This document shows positions 1-12,720 of a DNA stretch of 64,000 nucleotides, piece by piece (the stretch's first letter is position 1; each line of letters begins with the position of its first letter). Position numbers and translations under genes: made by a program. The DNA is from Paramecium tetraurelia (Eukaryota). The stretch is taken from assembly GCA_000165425.1 (NCBI GenBank), contig CT868108.1, positions 496,001 through 560,000 of the forward strand, written 5' to 3'. Below the pieces are notes generated by a model that saw only the letters and a program-made list of their open reading frames with translations, was not told the origin of the DNA and searched no databases.

Positions 1-526
1 TGATCATGAAATAAATTCCAGAGTTCGAAGAAGCCATATGGAGAAACTCGATACCTCTTTTGTGTAGGGTATATAGTGACCAACTTAAGCCTTTATGCAA
101 TTTAAAAATCAATTAGATTGTAGAAATCGTCTCTAAGTCAGTGTTTCAGAAGATAAAAAAAAATTAATTGATCAGATTTGAATAGGGTGGTATATTATTA
201 AAAGGTATGAGCTTTTTTAAATATTCATAGGTACATTGTGTGAGGGTAAGGAGAGTATTTAAGAGGCGTCATCGGAGGATGAGGATGCTTTGAAGAACTC
301 AGGGGAGGATTAGGATTCGACTTAGAAGGACGCTTTGTGTTTGATCGGTCCAACATCTTCTCCTTTGAGGGCTAGGACTGGCATAATTGTGTTATTATTC
401 AAACAGTATCAAATGCTTGAATAATATAATCAGTTGAATCAGAACATAAATGAAGGGGCAAAATCTTCAAATAGAAGATCAAGCAAGTCAGATTTATAGA
501 AAAGATCTTTAACGGTGGTGCATTGA
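1..526 (+). CDS. 3' end of a SOS1/NhaP-like Na+/H+ exchanger (cytosolic C-terminal region; partial, runs off the window start)
   Basis: Code-6 frame reads IMKQIPEFEEAIWRNSIPLLCRVY...LIRFEQGGILLK, then an intron gtatgagc..cattag-type at ~205-230, then GTLCEG...LTVVH-TGA(524-526). The 'E..IW..S..LL ... GILL.G' pattern resembles the SOS1 C-terminal region. Family call is by recollection. Confidence 0.55.
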
Positions 527-563
527 AAAGTGAGATTTGATTAGAATAACTTTAATAATTTAA

Positions 564-2250
564 ATGATATTCCTGTCAACATTGATCAAAGTTGCCTCAG
601 TGACAACTATACTCTTGCTGGCTGGTGGATCGACCTATTATTATATGCAGAACGATAATAATAGTAAGGTGGAGACAAAAAACTTGAAGGGACATCACAA
701 TCACAGCACTCATTTTCTTCATGGCAAGATGGATGAAGAGGAGGTTCACATTTGCAATCACGGTCACTTCATAAAAGACATAGAAATAGAGGAGCCAGAA
801 CGAACAGCTGAAATTCCATTGGAGGCTAGATTGTCACACGAGCAAATGCTAATTAAAAATCATAAATAAGGAAATTGGGACACAATAAGAATTAAGACAG
901 ATTACTCTTCATTTTAGGTATGATATCAACATAATGACTGTAGGCATCCTAACAATAAGCCGATTTCATTGAGAATAAACTAGTAAAAGCAGCAACTGGA
1001 TTTTTAAAAGCCGCCATTAAAGTGTATCCATCATCCAAGCTATTTCTGAGTGGACAATGCGGTACAGTGACAATCCCAAGCTCATTTAAAAATGGAATAA
1101 CAGGCGTTGACTTGGTCTTATTTGTCACAGCCTCCACTTCATAAGATACATGGGTGGCAAGAGCAGGTGCTTGCAGATTGGATCCAACAACCTTAAGACC
1201 CACTGCTGGCTCATTGGAATTCAACCTCAAATATTTTAATCAACTAGATTTCAGTAAGTTAAGCGAAGGCAAATGGTTCAAGTGGATCTAAACAACCATC
1301 CACGAAGTTACTCACGTCCTTGGATTCAGTAGTGGTCTATTCCCCTATTACATTGATCCTAATACAATGTAGAAATTGGGAGTCAATTAGATAGTTAAGA
1401 CATAGGGAGGAAGAGATTGGATCATATTGCCAAAAGTAGTAAATGCAGTGAAGAGTCACTTTGGATGTTTATCAGCCTGGGGAGCTCCATTGGAGAACAA
1501 TGGTGGACAAGGAACAGCAGGCAGCCATTGGGAAAGAACAACCTTCGGTAATGAGGCAATGACTGGATCTGAATTCCCAGACTCGGTGTTCACTTTATTC
1601 ACATTCAATTTACTTGAATCCACTGGTTGGTATAATATGGATCACAAATAATCTGAACCATTCAATTGGGGTAAGGATGAAGGATGTCCAATTGCCTAAG
1701 GACAATGTGTGTAAGGATTGAGAGAATTCTGTACTGCAGGAAGTGAGGGATGTTCCTCAGATTTCACTGGTATTGCATCTTGTTCTTCAAATGATGTGTT
1801 AACTGACGGATGTGGATATTGGAGAGCCTATGGTAACTCTGACTGCAGATATAACTCTGATTTCACCAGTCAACTAGCTTAATATGGTGGATATTACGGT
1901 AATGATGGAAAGTGTTTCTACACAACTTTACCTACCAAAGTGGGATTCTAAGGAATTGTGTCTGACTGTTTTAAGGCAGTCTGTTAAGACAATGTAGTAA
2001 CAATCTCGAATTTCCAACAAGAGTTACTAATGCGTTACATCAGGACAAGTACTCAATTATTTATATATATTAGGTCATTAACGTTAAATATTCTTATTAT
2101 AGTGCCACAGTCACTTGCCCAGATGTCAAGCACTTCTGTAACACTCAGAGAGTTTGTCCCAATGCTTGCAGTGGAGTTGGTACATGCAGAGGAACCACCT
2201 GTTATTGTTGGTCTGGATACAGTGGAGCCGATTGTTCAGTATCCTATTGA
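564..2250 (+). CDS. Leishmanolysin/invadolysin-family zinc metalloprotease (peptidase M8) with C-terminal EGF-like domain
   Basis: N-terminal hydrophobic anchor. HEVTHVLGF (HExxH) at ~1301. GAPLENNGGQGTAGSHWERTTFGNEAMTGS gives the third His and Met-turn. Cys-rich tail ends CPNACSGVGTCRGTTCYCWSGYSGADCSVSY-TGA. Two short introns at ~2050-2102. Confidence 0.93.
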
Positions 2251-2316
2251 TTATCATCATCAATTAATACAATATCAATAACAATATAAATATAAATATA
2301 TATGTATCCTCTCAAA

Positions 2317-5300
2317 TCAATTGGATATACCCTACTCCAAACTATAAAAAGCACCTTTTCTATTTGTCAAGCTTTAGTAATTTCCTTCTTCCACAATTTT
2401 ACCATCCTTGAACACATAGATCATATCAGAATCCTAATTAAATTATCATATGGTTTACTTTGATAGTCGAGATTCTATGAGCAATTGCCACAGTAGTTTT
2501 TCCTTCCATTAATTTATTCAAACTATCCTATACTAATTCTTCGCTTGCAGCATCTAAAGCACTTGTAGCTTCATCAAGCAGTAAGAAATTTGAATCTCTT
2601 AAGATGGCTCTAGCAATAGCAATTCGTTATTTTTATCCCCCTGAGATTTAAGTTCCTTTTGGTCCTACTTACCTTTCAAATCCTTGTCCTCTTTATTTCT
2701 CACTACCCTTTTATTCTACTTGAGTTTCCTCAAATTAATTTTTAACTATGAAATCATAGGCGTTGGCCGTTTTAGCTGCATTCTCAATCTAGTCCATATT
2801 AATTGAAGTTAAATTGTATTGAATATTCTCTCGAATCGTACCATTAAACAGGACTGGTTCTTATGAGACGATAGCAAATTGTCTCCTTATGTATCTAATA
2901 TCATAATCTTTAATATCAACTCCATTGATTGTTATGACTCCTTGATCGGGTTCATAGAATCTCATCAACATAGACATAAGAGTTGACTTACCACATCCAG
3001 AAGGACCAACAAAAGCCACTTTTTAACCTTACTTAATTGTTAAACTTAAATTCTCAAAAACATTCTTGTCTCTTCCAGCATATTTGAAAGTGAGATTGTT
3101 GAATTAAACATCTCCTGTAATGGATTGTGCCAATCTTTTCTTCTATAATCTCACTTCCCTTTAGAATTCATCCTCACCATCCAATATTTCAAAGATATTC
3201 TTGCTAGCATTTTTGGCAGCTCCGATATCTCCAGCGAATGCAGCATTATTCCCTGCTCCCATAGTAGCAAATGTCAATGAAAATATTGTCTTAAACATAT
3301 CATTCACACTTAAATCGATATCTCTGCAGAAGACAGCCCCCACATAGAAGATTATGGCATTCATAACGAACATATTCATTTATGAAAAACCCATAGCCAA
3401 TCCTGCCTTGAACCCTTTGGAAGTAGCTTATTCAAGTGGCATTTACACTTTCTTTTCATAAATGCCAAGGATAATCTATTCATTCCCAAAAGAGAAAACA
3501 GTTCTTATGTTTGTGACTGCCTCCATAATTAGATTACCTGAATCCTTATATGCCTCATCTGTCTGTGCTGAAAAACCCTGCATAATTTTAGCCTAAAGTA
3601 CTCCAGATATAAATGAAAATGGAGTGACTCCCAATGTAACCAGAGTCAATGCCCAACTGCTCGTAAATGCAATAGTCAATCCACAAACCAAAGATGCCAC
3701 ATTTGCTAGATTGATCCCAATAATAGAAGAAGTCAATCCATTTATTAGTTTACAATCGACAGATAATCTACTGGTTAAGGTTCCTGCATTATTCTTGGGC
3801 TCATCAAAAAAAGGAATCGGCATCCTTAATAGTTTTCTAAATGTATCCGATCTTAATTTTAGTGTTAGTCTTTCACCTACATAACTTAAACAAAATGACT
3901 GTATAGTCCATAAAGTCAATGCACAACAGCCTATAACGAAAAAGTATAAGGCATTTTTGTCTGCCTCTCCTCTGACATAGGCCATCTTATCGCTTCTTTC
4001 TTCATCGCTATAATTTCTAGGATTCGAGAGAGCCAGGACTGTAATCATATCTGATAAGAATATTGAGAATATCGGAAATGTGCAACCATTAGCCATGGCT
4101 GCTAGAACTCCAAGAAGGAATTGAAATCTCTCTGACTTATTATAACTGAACAATCTGCCCATTTAGGCATCTGGTTCCTTTTTCACTTCTACCTACTCCT
4201 TATCTGCAACCTTATCATATTGAGTGTTTTCTGTCTATCCTTTAACAATCAGATCTAATTCCTTTAATTACTTGAATTGATCGACTGCTTCCTCTGTAAT
4301 ATTCCTCTTATCTGCAACATTCATTTATATAATCCTCTGAGTGTTAGTTGTATCATTAGGTTTAGTAAGACCATCTAATAGTATCTTTCTGCTTGGAGTT
4401 TGTATTTGTGACTGACTTAACTACTCCTCCTCTTATTTCTTTACCTGATTTTTGGCCAAAATCTCGTATTTTCCATGCAGATTCATGAGCTCTTAATGAG
4501 TTCCCATTTCAATCACTATGCCTTTATCTATAACATATATCAAGTCTGCATTTTAGATTGTACTCAATCTATGAGCAATAACAATTGTGGTGATCCCTTG
4601 AGACACCTCATCCAAAGTCTCCTAAATTAATCGCTCGTTAGTTCTATCTAAGGCACTTGTGGCTTCATCTAATAATAAGACTTATGGCTTCTTTAAGATG
4701 GCTCTGGCTATAGCAATTCTCTATTTTTAACCTCCACTCAATTAGCCTCCTCCAATACCAACATAAGTCTCTAATCCTTTATCCATTTTTTGAACAAAAT
4801 CCCAGGCATTGGCTTTTTTCAAGGCATCTATCATTTCTCCCTCTGTTGCATCAGTCTTACCATATAACAGATTTTCTTTGATACTTGTTGCAAAGAGAAC
4901 AGGCTCTTAACCAACCAACCCAATTCTACTCCTCAAATCTATAATATCTAAGTCCTTGACATCTATTCCACCAAATAATACTTCTCCCTTATCACAATCA
5001 TAAAATCTTTCAATTAATTGCATAACAGTAGATTTACCACATCCACTCTCCCCAACCAATGCCACCTTTTTACCAGGAGGAATGTTCAAACTTAATCCAT
5101 TCAACACCAATTGATCTGGTCTATTTGGATAATTAAATTTAATATCTTTCAATTAGATTTCACCATTGAAATTCAACAACTTCTTAGGATTGGGACAATT
5201 GTATATTTTAGGCTTGCGATCTAAAACCTCGTACATAGTAGCAGCTGCAGCTTAACCCTTTGCAAAATTCTATACGCATGGCCCTGCTTAACCTAAGGAG

Positions 5301-6359
5301 AACCCACCAGTAACTACACTAAAATATATTGTCATCACATCTCCAACAGTATACACAGAATCCTAATTTGGATTGTATGTCTATTATATATATATGTCTA
5401 TTACTTGATCTGCTATCAATTTGGCTCCATACCAAAATCCTAGTGCATACGACCATAAACTCGCTGCCCATATTAATCCAATTGCTATGCCTACTCCAAA
5501 ATCATATTTGGTTGTCTTATTTGCTGCACTCTACAACAGTTAATAGTACTTTTAGTGTTCGTAATCTTCGCCATCTAGCATTTTCACTGTTTTAATCCCA
5601 TTTATTGCTTGTTCTGCTATTGCTCCTGCCTCTGCATAAGCTGATTGTGTTGCCATTGTAGATTGCTAAATTATCACTGAAAACACAGCAGTTATTATAG
5701 ATATAACTGGAAGAGTCGCTGTTATTACTATTGCAAGTTACCAACCCCTAAAATTATTTATTTATTCTAATTACCAAATGTAACCATATAGAAAACCAAA
5801 AAATGTCATAGAAAATGTCATAATGAATGTTGGAACTTTTTCGCCTATCGCACCTTAAACAGCAAACGATTCGTTAGCTACTTTGCTATTCAATTCATTT
5901 GGATTTATAGTGTCAAACCATCCTACCTCTTGATGTAGAATTGCTTTGAAATAATTTTTTCGAAATTCTATTCCCTATCTTTCCCCAGCTATCATCCAAG
6001 TTGCAAACATTGTAAATGACAATATGCCAGTCGCAAGAGCTACCAATAGAAACCAACTAAATGAGGATATATCTAATTTTATACATTGCACTCCATCCAG
6101 CCTATCGGACCATCTCATCTCCTGCCTCCTGAAACGAATTAACCATTGAACCAAATATCAAAGAAAAGGAGGGAATAGCACCGCCATTCAAAAATGCAGC
6201 AACAGATCCCAAGACCATCAGCACAATATCTCGATTTTTTGCGTATCTAAATAATTGAAAATATGGAATCATTTTTGGCTTCTCTCCTTCTCTCTATCCA
6301 TTTTCTCTATTCTACGCCCCACTAACCTTTCCTCCAGAAAGTCCTCTCTCTTCTTCCAT
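2317..6359 (-). CDS. Full-length ABCB (MDR/P-glycoprotein-type) ABC transporter, TMD-NBD-TMD-NBD
   Basis: Walker A motifs GESGCGKST and GPSGCGKST, (L/I)SGGQKQRIAIARA signatures, [16 protein letters not shown] and two TM domains. ATG at 6359, TGA at 2317. Three short introns. Confidence 0.96.
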
Positions 6360-6789
6360 GTTTGTGAAATTTATTTCTGAATTTGCTCGATACTAAATCT
6401 TCCCCTTTATTTATTCTTTAATTAAACTTTCTATATAATGAAATCATAGATTCCACCAAATTTTATAGAATCTCACATTTACTGTCTCACCTACTCTTTA
6501 TATAAATAAAATTTGACTAAAAACATAATTCATTCTATATCATTGAATGAAATTCACAAATTCTTATTTAATCCAAAAATAAATCACAAAGCTATTTGGA
6601 TTGCAAGATTTCAAACTAAAGGATTGCTAAGATTGATAGATAAGTTATTTATTGATTGTTCAATAGAATTATTTATATTAAAAAATCATAAAATACTCTC
6701 ATCATATAGTCGAATAATTTATCAATAGTTTAGAATAATAAAATCATCAAACTAATTTAGATAATTAAAATAGTGTTTAAAATTTACAA

Positions 6790-7795
6790 ATATCACAATT
6801 GAAACTTACAAAATCATAAGTTAATGAAAAATCATGACATCATAATAAAGGAAAGAGGCCCTTATGATGGAATAAAGAAATTATCCCTTATTGAGGTGGT
6901 TCTATTAGGAGTTTGCGAAGCGGTTCTTCTGCGATTCGGACTGGGCTATAGACTTTTATGAAATTGCTATTATTAAATTTGAAATTCAGATTGATCCTCC
7001 CAATCATTTGCAGAAGTGCTGAGCTTCCTTTGATTAATGCATTTCATGTCTAGTTTTAAGGCTTCTCTGTGAGGAACCTTGGGCTTGTTTTCAAAGTAGT
7101 TATTTTCGATAGGTTGTATTTGAAAGGTAATTTTCTGGTCGATCTCGTTGAAATTGAGAGTATTGAGTTTGTAGAGCAATTCATCAGGAAGCTCGAGCAA
7201 TTTCCTAATCTCTAAAAATCTTTTAATTTATTTAATGGCTCTGATCCTTTGGGCTTAGTCATCCTATTTATTTAGGGATTCGTATAAGAATATGATGTCG
7301 ATTATTAATTTAATGGTTATGCACTTTACTATGGGCACGTCTAACTTAAGAATGAGAACTTCAAGTTATCTATGCATTTTATACAGGATGTTGATCTATT
7401 CGTAATTGTTAGAGAAATTCTTAAGGTAACTACAATAGAGAAATGCGACACTTTAGAGTACAGCATCGGCAGCACTCTTTTGCGAAAGTTCAATTGTTTT
7501 ATCAGTCACATAGGGGCCTAAAAATTGTCTAAGCACATGAACCAAATAGTAGGACTTAAGAGCAGTGATAGTTTTTTGAGGGTGCTGCATCCTAAGTATG
7601 ATTTTCTTGAGCGCCTCCTAAGAGCTTAGATTATTGAGTTCTCCATCAAGACATCTTGAAAGAATCTATTATAATTCTTTTTGGTACAAGTATGTGCTTC
7701 TGCTTTGGAATATCGTCAATTAGACATTTCAGCCAAGAAGTCTCCACCATATCCTTATTCAATATTCGCATGTTTCGCTTAAAGTTATTGAACAT
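6790..7795 (-). CDS. ANTH/ENTH-domain clathrin adaptor-like protein (3' end approximate)
   Basis: MFNNFKRNMRIL...PKQKHIL[intron]ILSRCLDG...TITALKSYYLVHVL matches the ANTH PKxKH and 'ALK.L..H.L' motifs. Low-complexity tail. Confidence 0.7.
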
Positions 7796-7896
7796 TGATA
7801 TTGAATATAAAATTATTAGATTATTTACAAAGCCAGATTGGTATATAATATATAAAACACCCATCGCAATAATTAAGTCTTTTATATATATAATAA

Positions 7897-9978
7897 ATGG
7901 AAAATAAATAGTCCCTTTAAATTCATATAAACTTAACTTAGTTTATTTCAAAATAGCACAAAGAAGAGCAATCAGCAAAGTTATATGAAGATTGGCATCA
8001 GTTAATAAAACAAAAATTATAAGGCAGCAAATAAGATGAAACTCGCAGATTAGTTTATGGAAGATTATCAGAAACTTAGCAAAAGAGTAGAAGACTTACA
8101 CCAAATCAGACAGTATAAAAAGACCAGGACATCATCAAAGATATAGAAAACATAAAGTTTAGATTGCAGAAAATAGATTGAATTATTTAAAGAAGCAAAC
8201 TAACAAAAATTAAAAATTTTGAATGAATATAATTTGTATATTCATTAGTATCAAACAATAATGTACTAAATAGTATTAAGCAATCTCAAGCAGGAAGCAT
8301 TAGAATATGCAGGTAAAAACCTAGTTACTTTTTATTTTGCTATATTAATTTTATTAGTATTTTCAAATTTCAATCAATAGTATTAGCTTTTTTTAACACA
8401 CTTTGCTAATATATATTAATCATTCAATAAATATATTAAAAGTAATAATAGATATTATGACGAAATTTATTCTAGCAAAAGTATCGATTTGGTTGTTCCC
8501 TCTTAATTCTACCTGTTTCCTGACATAATTCTATTTTGTCTTACTCTTAAAAGTAGTTCCCATTTCATTAGAGTATCATGACATCATTTTTTATTGAGAT
8601 TGCAAAAATTCGAGTTTAGATTGCTATGATCAAATTAATTTACAATTAATGATTTTGTAACAATCAACATCAATCAGGGAAGTATGATGTTTAGATATAG
8701 TATTAAAAATTATATATTTATTAATGGGGAACCACTAATGCTTTTAGTCAGAAAATCTCCAGGACATTTACAAATCGTAAATGGTAATTTCTTATATTAT
8801 AAGTAGACGAATTGGCACATAGGGGTGGAAAAAGAAGTTCAAAAATTAGGATTTAATGTGAATGTGAGATCTGATCATCTTCACAAACAAAATTTTATGC
8901 AATTATATTCAATCGTTAAACCCTAATATGAAGAAATAGTTACTTTGAGTACTTCAGAATCTCTTTTTGCGACTGAGTTTGAAAATATTAGAACATCGAA
9001 GAAAACTCTGGATCCTTTCAAAGAATTCAATGTTACGACTCTAATATAAGACTGTGAACCCTCTTTACAAGAGTTTGAAAGACAAGTACTCTAATAACTT
9101 TCAACATTAAATGGTTGTTTGTTGGAAATATTTTAAAGTTTTCGACAAACCTAACTGCCCAATAGTAGTAATTAATTGGATACATTTATTCTTAAATTTC
9201 GAGATTCATTTGTTTAAGTACATTATTCTAATATTTAATTTAGATCTTAATTCATTACTACAATTTGAATTTATTTGCTTAACTAAATAAATGTCAATTC
9301 TTGAGCACGTCATCTCTTTAATGTTTAGTATCCAATATGATTTTCAATGACCAAGTTGCATCTCATATTTATGAGATCAAAAAGTAAGAACAGAAATAAG
9401 AAAACTAGAAAATACACAATAAATTGTCACTATTAAGAGAGAAAACATTGGTTGATTTTGGAATTTCCATTAAGTATTGTCTGGATTGTGCAACAAGAGA
9501 GTACATCCAGAGTAAACTATCCTCGAAGGTTAACACTTGTACTCGCACTTCTTAGATGATTTAATAAGATACTTTTGAGACACTGATAATAGAAGATGTT
9601 GATTCTACTCATTTACCTTCGAGACCATAGGCTAAATTGCTTCAAGGAACATTTTTTTAATAGTCCCCGTTTTAGAATGCCATCGAAGCACTAAAATTAA
9701 TTTAATTTCGATAAACACCTCATCATAAAGTTAAATAACTAGTCGCTTGTTTTAGATGCATTTACTCTGCAATCATAGACTATTACAATTATTATAAAAA
9801 ACAACCTTCAATAATAAGTACGGATGAAATGATACCTATATTTCATTATGTACTTTGCAAATCTTCACTTTAAAATCCTTATACGCATTTTGAGATTATG
9901 CAAAAATACTTAGGCAATTTAGATGGCCTTGAAGGGTTCTACTTAGCCATAATGGAAGCAGCATTTAACATAGCTTGA
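7897..9978 (+). CDS. VPS9-domain protein (putative Rab5-family GEF)
   Basis: C-terminus TDEMIPIFHYVLCKSSLQNPYTHFEIMQKYLGNLDGLEGFYLAIMEAAFNIA-TGA fits the VPS9 consensus. ATG 7897 joins a long frame via a 31-nt intron (7911-7941). Confidence 0.8.
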
Positions 9979-10062
9979 ACATATTTAATTTTTTATATTT
10001 TTCTCTTTCCAATAATAAACGATTATTAAAATTATTATAGAATTAAAAAAAATTGAAAAAAG

Positions 10063-11095
10063 ATGGATGATGAATAAGAATTTCAAAAAAACATATAAAA
10101 TCAATTTAATAAGTATTGTTATTCATATTGATGTCAAATAGAATCAGATTTGAATTTAAAAAAGGTTTAGAAACACAATCCTAGAAAGTTTAATAATTAG
10201 AAGAAAAGATTAATGAGTTAAAAAATATATTTAAATTAGGTTGCAGATAGATAATTAAAAAAAATAATAAGAAATAGATAATTTAATAGCTGGATAAAAA
10301 AAGTAATTATACAATATATTAATTCCAGACTCACTAATGATCTTAAGAAAGTTTGGAATAATTTTAGTTCCACGTTGAAGTCATAAAGAAGCGAATCACA
10401 AATGATTTCAAATCTATCAGTTTTCTAAGAATAATCAACAATGTATTTTAATTCACAATTTTAGTTATTAAGATTTATCTTAGTAAACCAAATAAATCAT
10501 TCAACAAGAGATCTAAAGTCGATTTCTTCTAATTAAGGACATAGTATTGAAGAAATCAGACTTTGATGAATATTCCAAAAAGGTTGAAGAGTAATTTGAA
10601 ACACTTAGATAAAAAGTATAAACTTTCACTTAGTATTCATAACCAGAGTTTGAATTCGGACCTAGAAGAGATTCCTTCTAGGGTAAAGTCCCAACATTTC
10701 AATTCCAATAACCTCCAATAAAGGGAAATGCTTAAGCAATGAAATAGTATTTATACTTTACTAAATTACAAGATAGTTTGAAAAAAAGGAAGAAAAAAAT
10801 GAATAAGTAATAATACTGAGCACATAATATCAAGAGAAATGATAATTAGCTTATATAATATATATTATCATTAAATGAGAAGTTAAGTGTAAAATTTTAG
10901 AATTTATAAATTATGATAGTAAATTTATATTTAGATCAATTTTAATTTATTGGATTAGAATAAATATAATATCGATTTAAACTCAGGGTATAGTAATATT
11001 GGACTTCTCAAATTACAATTATTTTATAAGAATCTATCCATATTAACCCCTATTTTGTGAGTGTATTATTTTTCTAAACTTATTAGTGTAGAATG
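10063..11095 (+). CDS. Hypothetical coiled-coil protein (3' end uncertain)
   Basis: MDDEQEFQKNIQNQFN, an intron, then an E/K/Q-rich frame with several short introns. No domain recognised. Confidence 0.4.
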
Positions 11096-11261
11096 ATTTT
11101 TTTAATTATTATCACTTTAAAAGAAATTTACTCATTTAATTGGTTATAATTTGTGTTTTATTTATATTCAAGTTCTATTTATCAATATTAATAAAATATG
11201 TACAAAATTCAAAAATTACATACCCAGATGGATTTGTTTAATCTACTATAATTAAAATTAT

Positions 11262-11949
11262 TCATTGTAGAGAAAGGATAATGATAATGGGATTTTCTCA
11301 TACTTCTTTATGTTTTAACGATTGGAACACCTATATTTGAGACAGGCAATTTGTATAAAATTTAATCTTGGCGAGTAACTTTAAAGTCATAAGCAGTTTT
11401 ATTTAATTGATTGTTATTTTTGGGAATAGTGAAAGGAATGCTAGTTATATTCACGATATCTCTTTTTTTCACTTGTTGACTTTTTGCTCTCCTTTAAGAC
11501 TTTGGCTTATATTCATAGAAGTTAGTTTCAGTGTTTCCCATCTACCTATTAAGAATATCAATGGCAATTGATTCATCCAACTTGTGTAAGTCTTTAAAGT
11601 TTAAGCTTTGTCTCATCTATCTCTCTATCCTCCAAGTTTAATCACCTATATTAGTAACATCAACAGAATTTTTTTTTTTTTCCTCAAATGTATGTTCTTT
11701 CTGAATAAACTATTTAATGTTAATTTATTTTGGTTCTGTGAGAAATTGAAATTACAAGCTTTGTTTAACAGCTGTGAATTTTGGTTTTTTATTTTTTTTA
11801 TCACTTTCTTTGATGATGTAGATTTACTTCAACAATTTTTAGGTATCAGATGTGTTCAAGATTTGACTATCAGTTTAATCCGTTCTTGTTGATAGTTACT
11901 TAGAAATGCTTTATTATATTCGAGCAGATAATTAATTTATATTTTGCAT
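11262..11949 (-). CDS. Hypothetical low-complexity protein
   Basis: Code-6 ORF starting MQNINQLSARIQQSISKQLSTRTDQTDSQ; K/Q/N-rich, no recognisable domain. Confidence 0.5.
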
Positions 11950-12720
11950 ATTTTTATATGAACTTATTAAGAAATTATCTGCAGAACTCTAATTATATTT
12001 GATAAATAAAATAAATAAATTTACAATCCAATCGAAGAATTTATTATATATACATACATCATCTTTATTCAAAAGGGAACTTATATTAAATTATAGATCT
12101 TTTAAAGTGGATGTTACCATTCCCTAAATTTTAATAAAAATGACACATCAAAATGATTAATATTTAGATATCAACTTTTTAACTGAGACATTTATGATGC
12201 TCACTTTCTATACTTTAAAGACATCAATAAGTATATTAAATTATAAATTCAATTTTTAGGTTATATAATTTTTATTCTTTTATTTTTAACAATTTAAAGG
12301 AATTTATTCCCTCCAAGTTTCATGTATCAATTTCATATATCTAGATATAAATCGAGATTTATCTTTTGATTTCTATTAAGATTATATTATTATTATTGAT
12401 TTTTATAAAAAAGTAACAATGCTTCTTGGATTCAAGGATTATTTTACTCTAATACCATTTAATTACAATCCCTCTATATTCTCACTTGATCTTTATCCTT
12501 AGAAAAACTATTAAGTATTTTAAGTCTATCTGTTTAATTGTTTGTTTATACCTTTATATAATATTATTATTGATTATTTACAAATCTTGAACAATTAATA
12601 TGATTTCAATTTCTATGTTCAAACTAAATAAGAAAATGGAATGCAAGGAATCAGTCTTTCTAATTCAAAAAGTAATTAAACAGTGCTTGATTTTTGAGTA
12701 TTTATATTTTAATATAATAA

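Noticed and set aside
172..384. 70-codon minus-strand ORF starting MPVLALKG
   Set aside because: It is the antisense shadow of the longer spliced plus-strand frame ending at 526.
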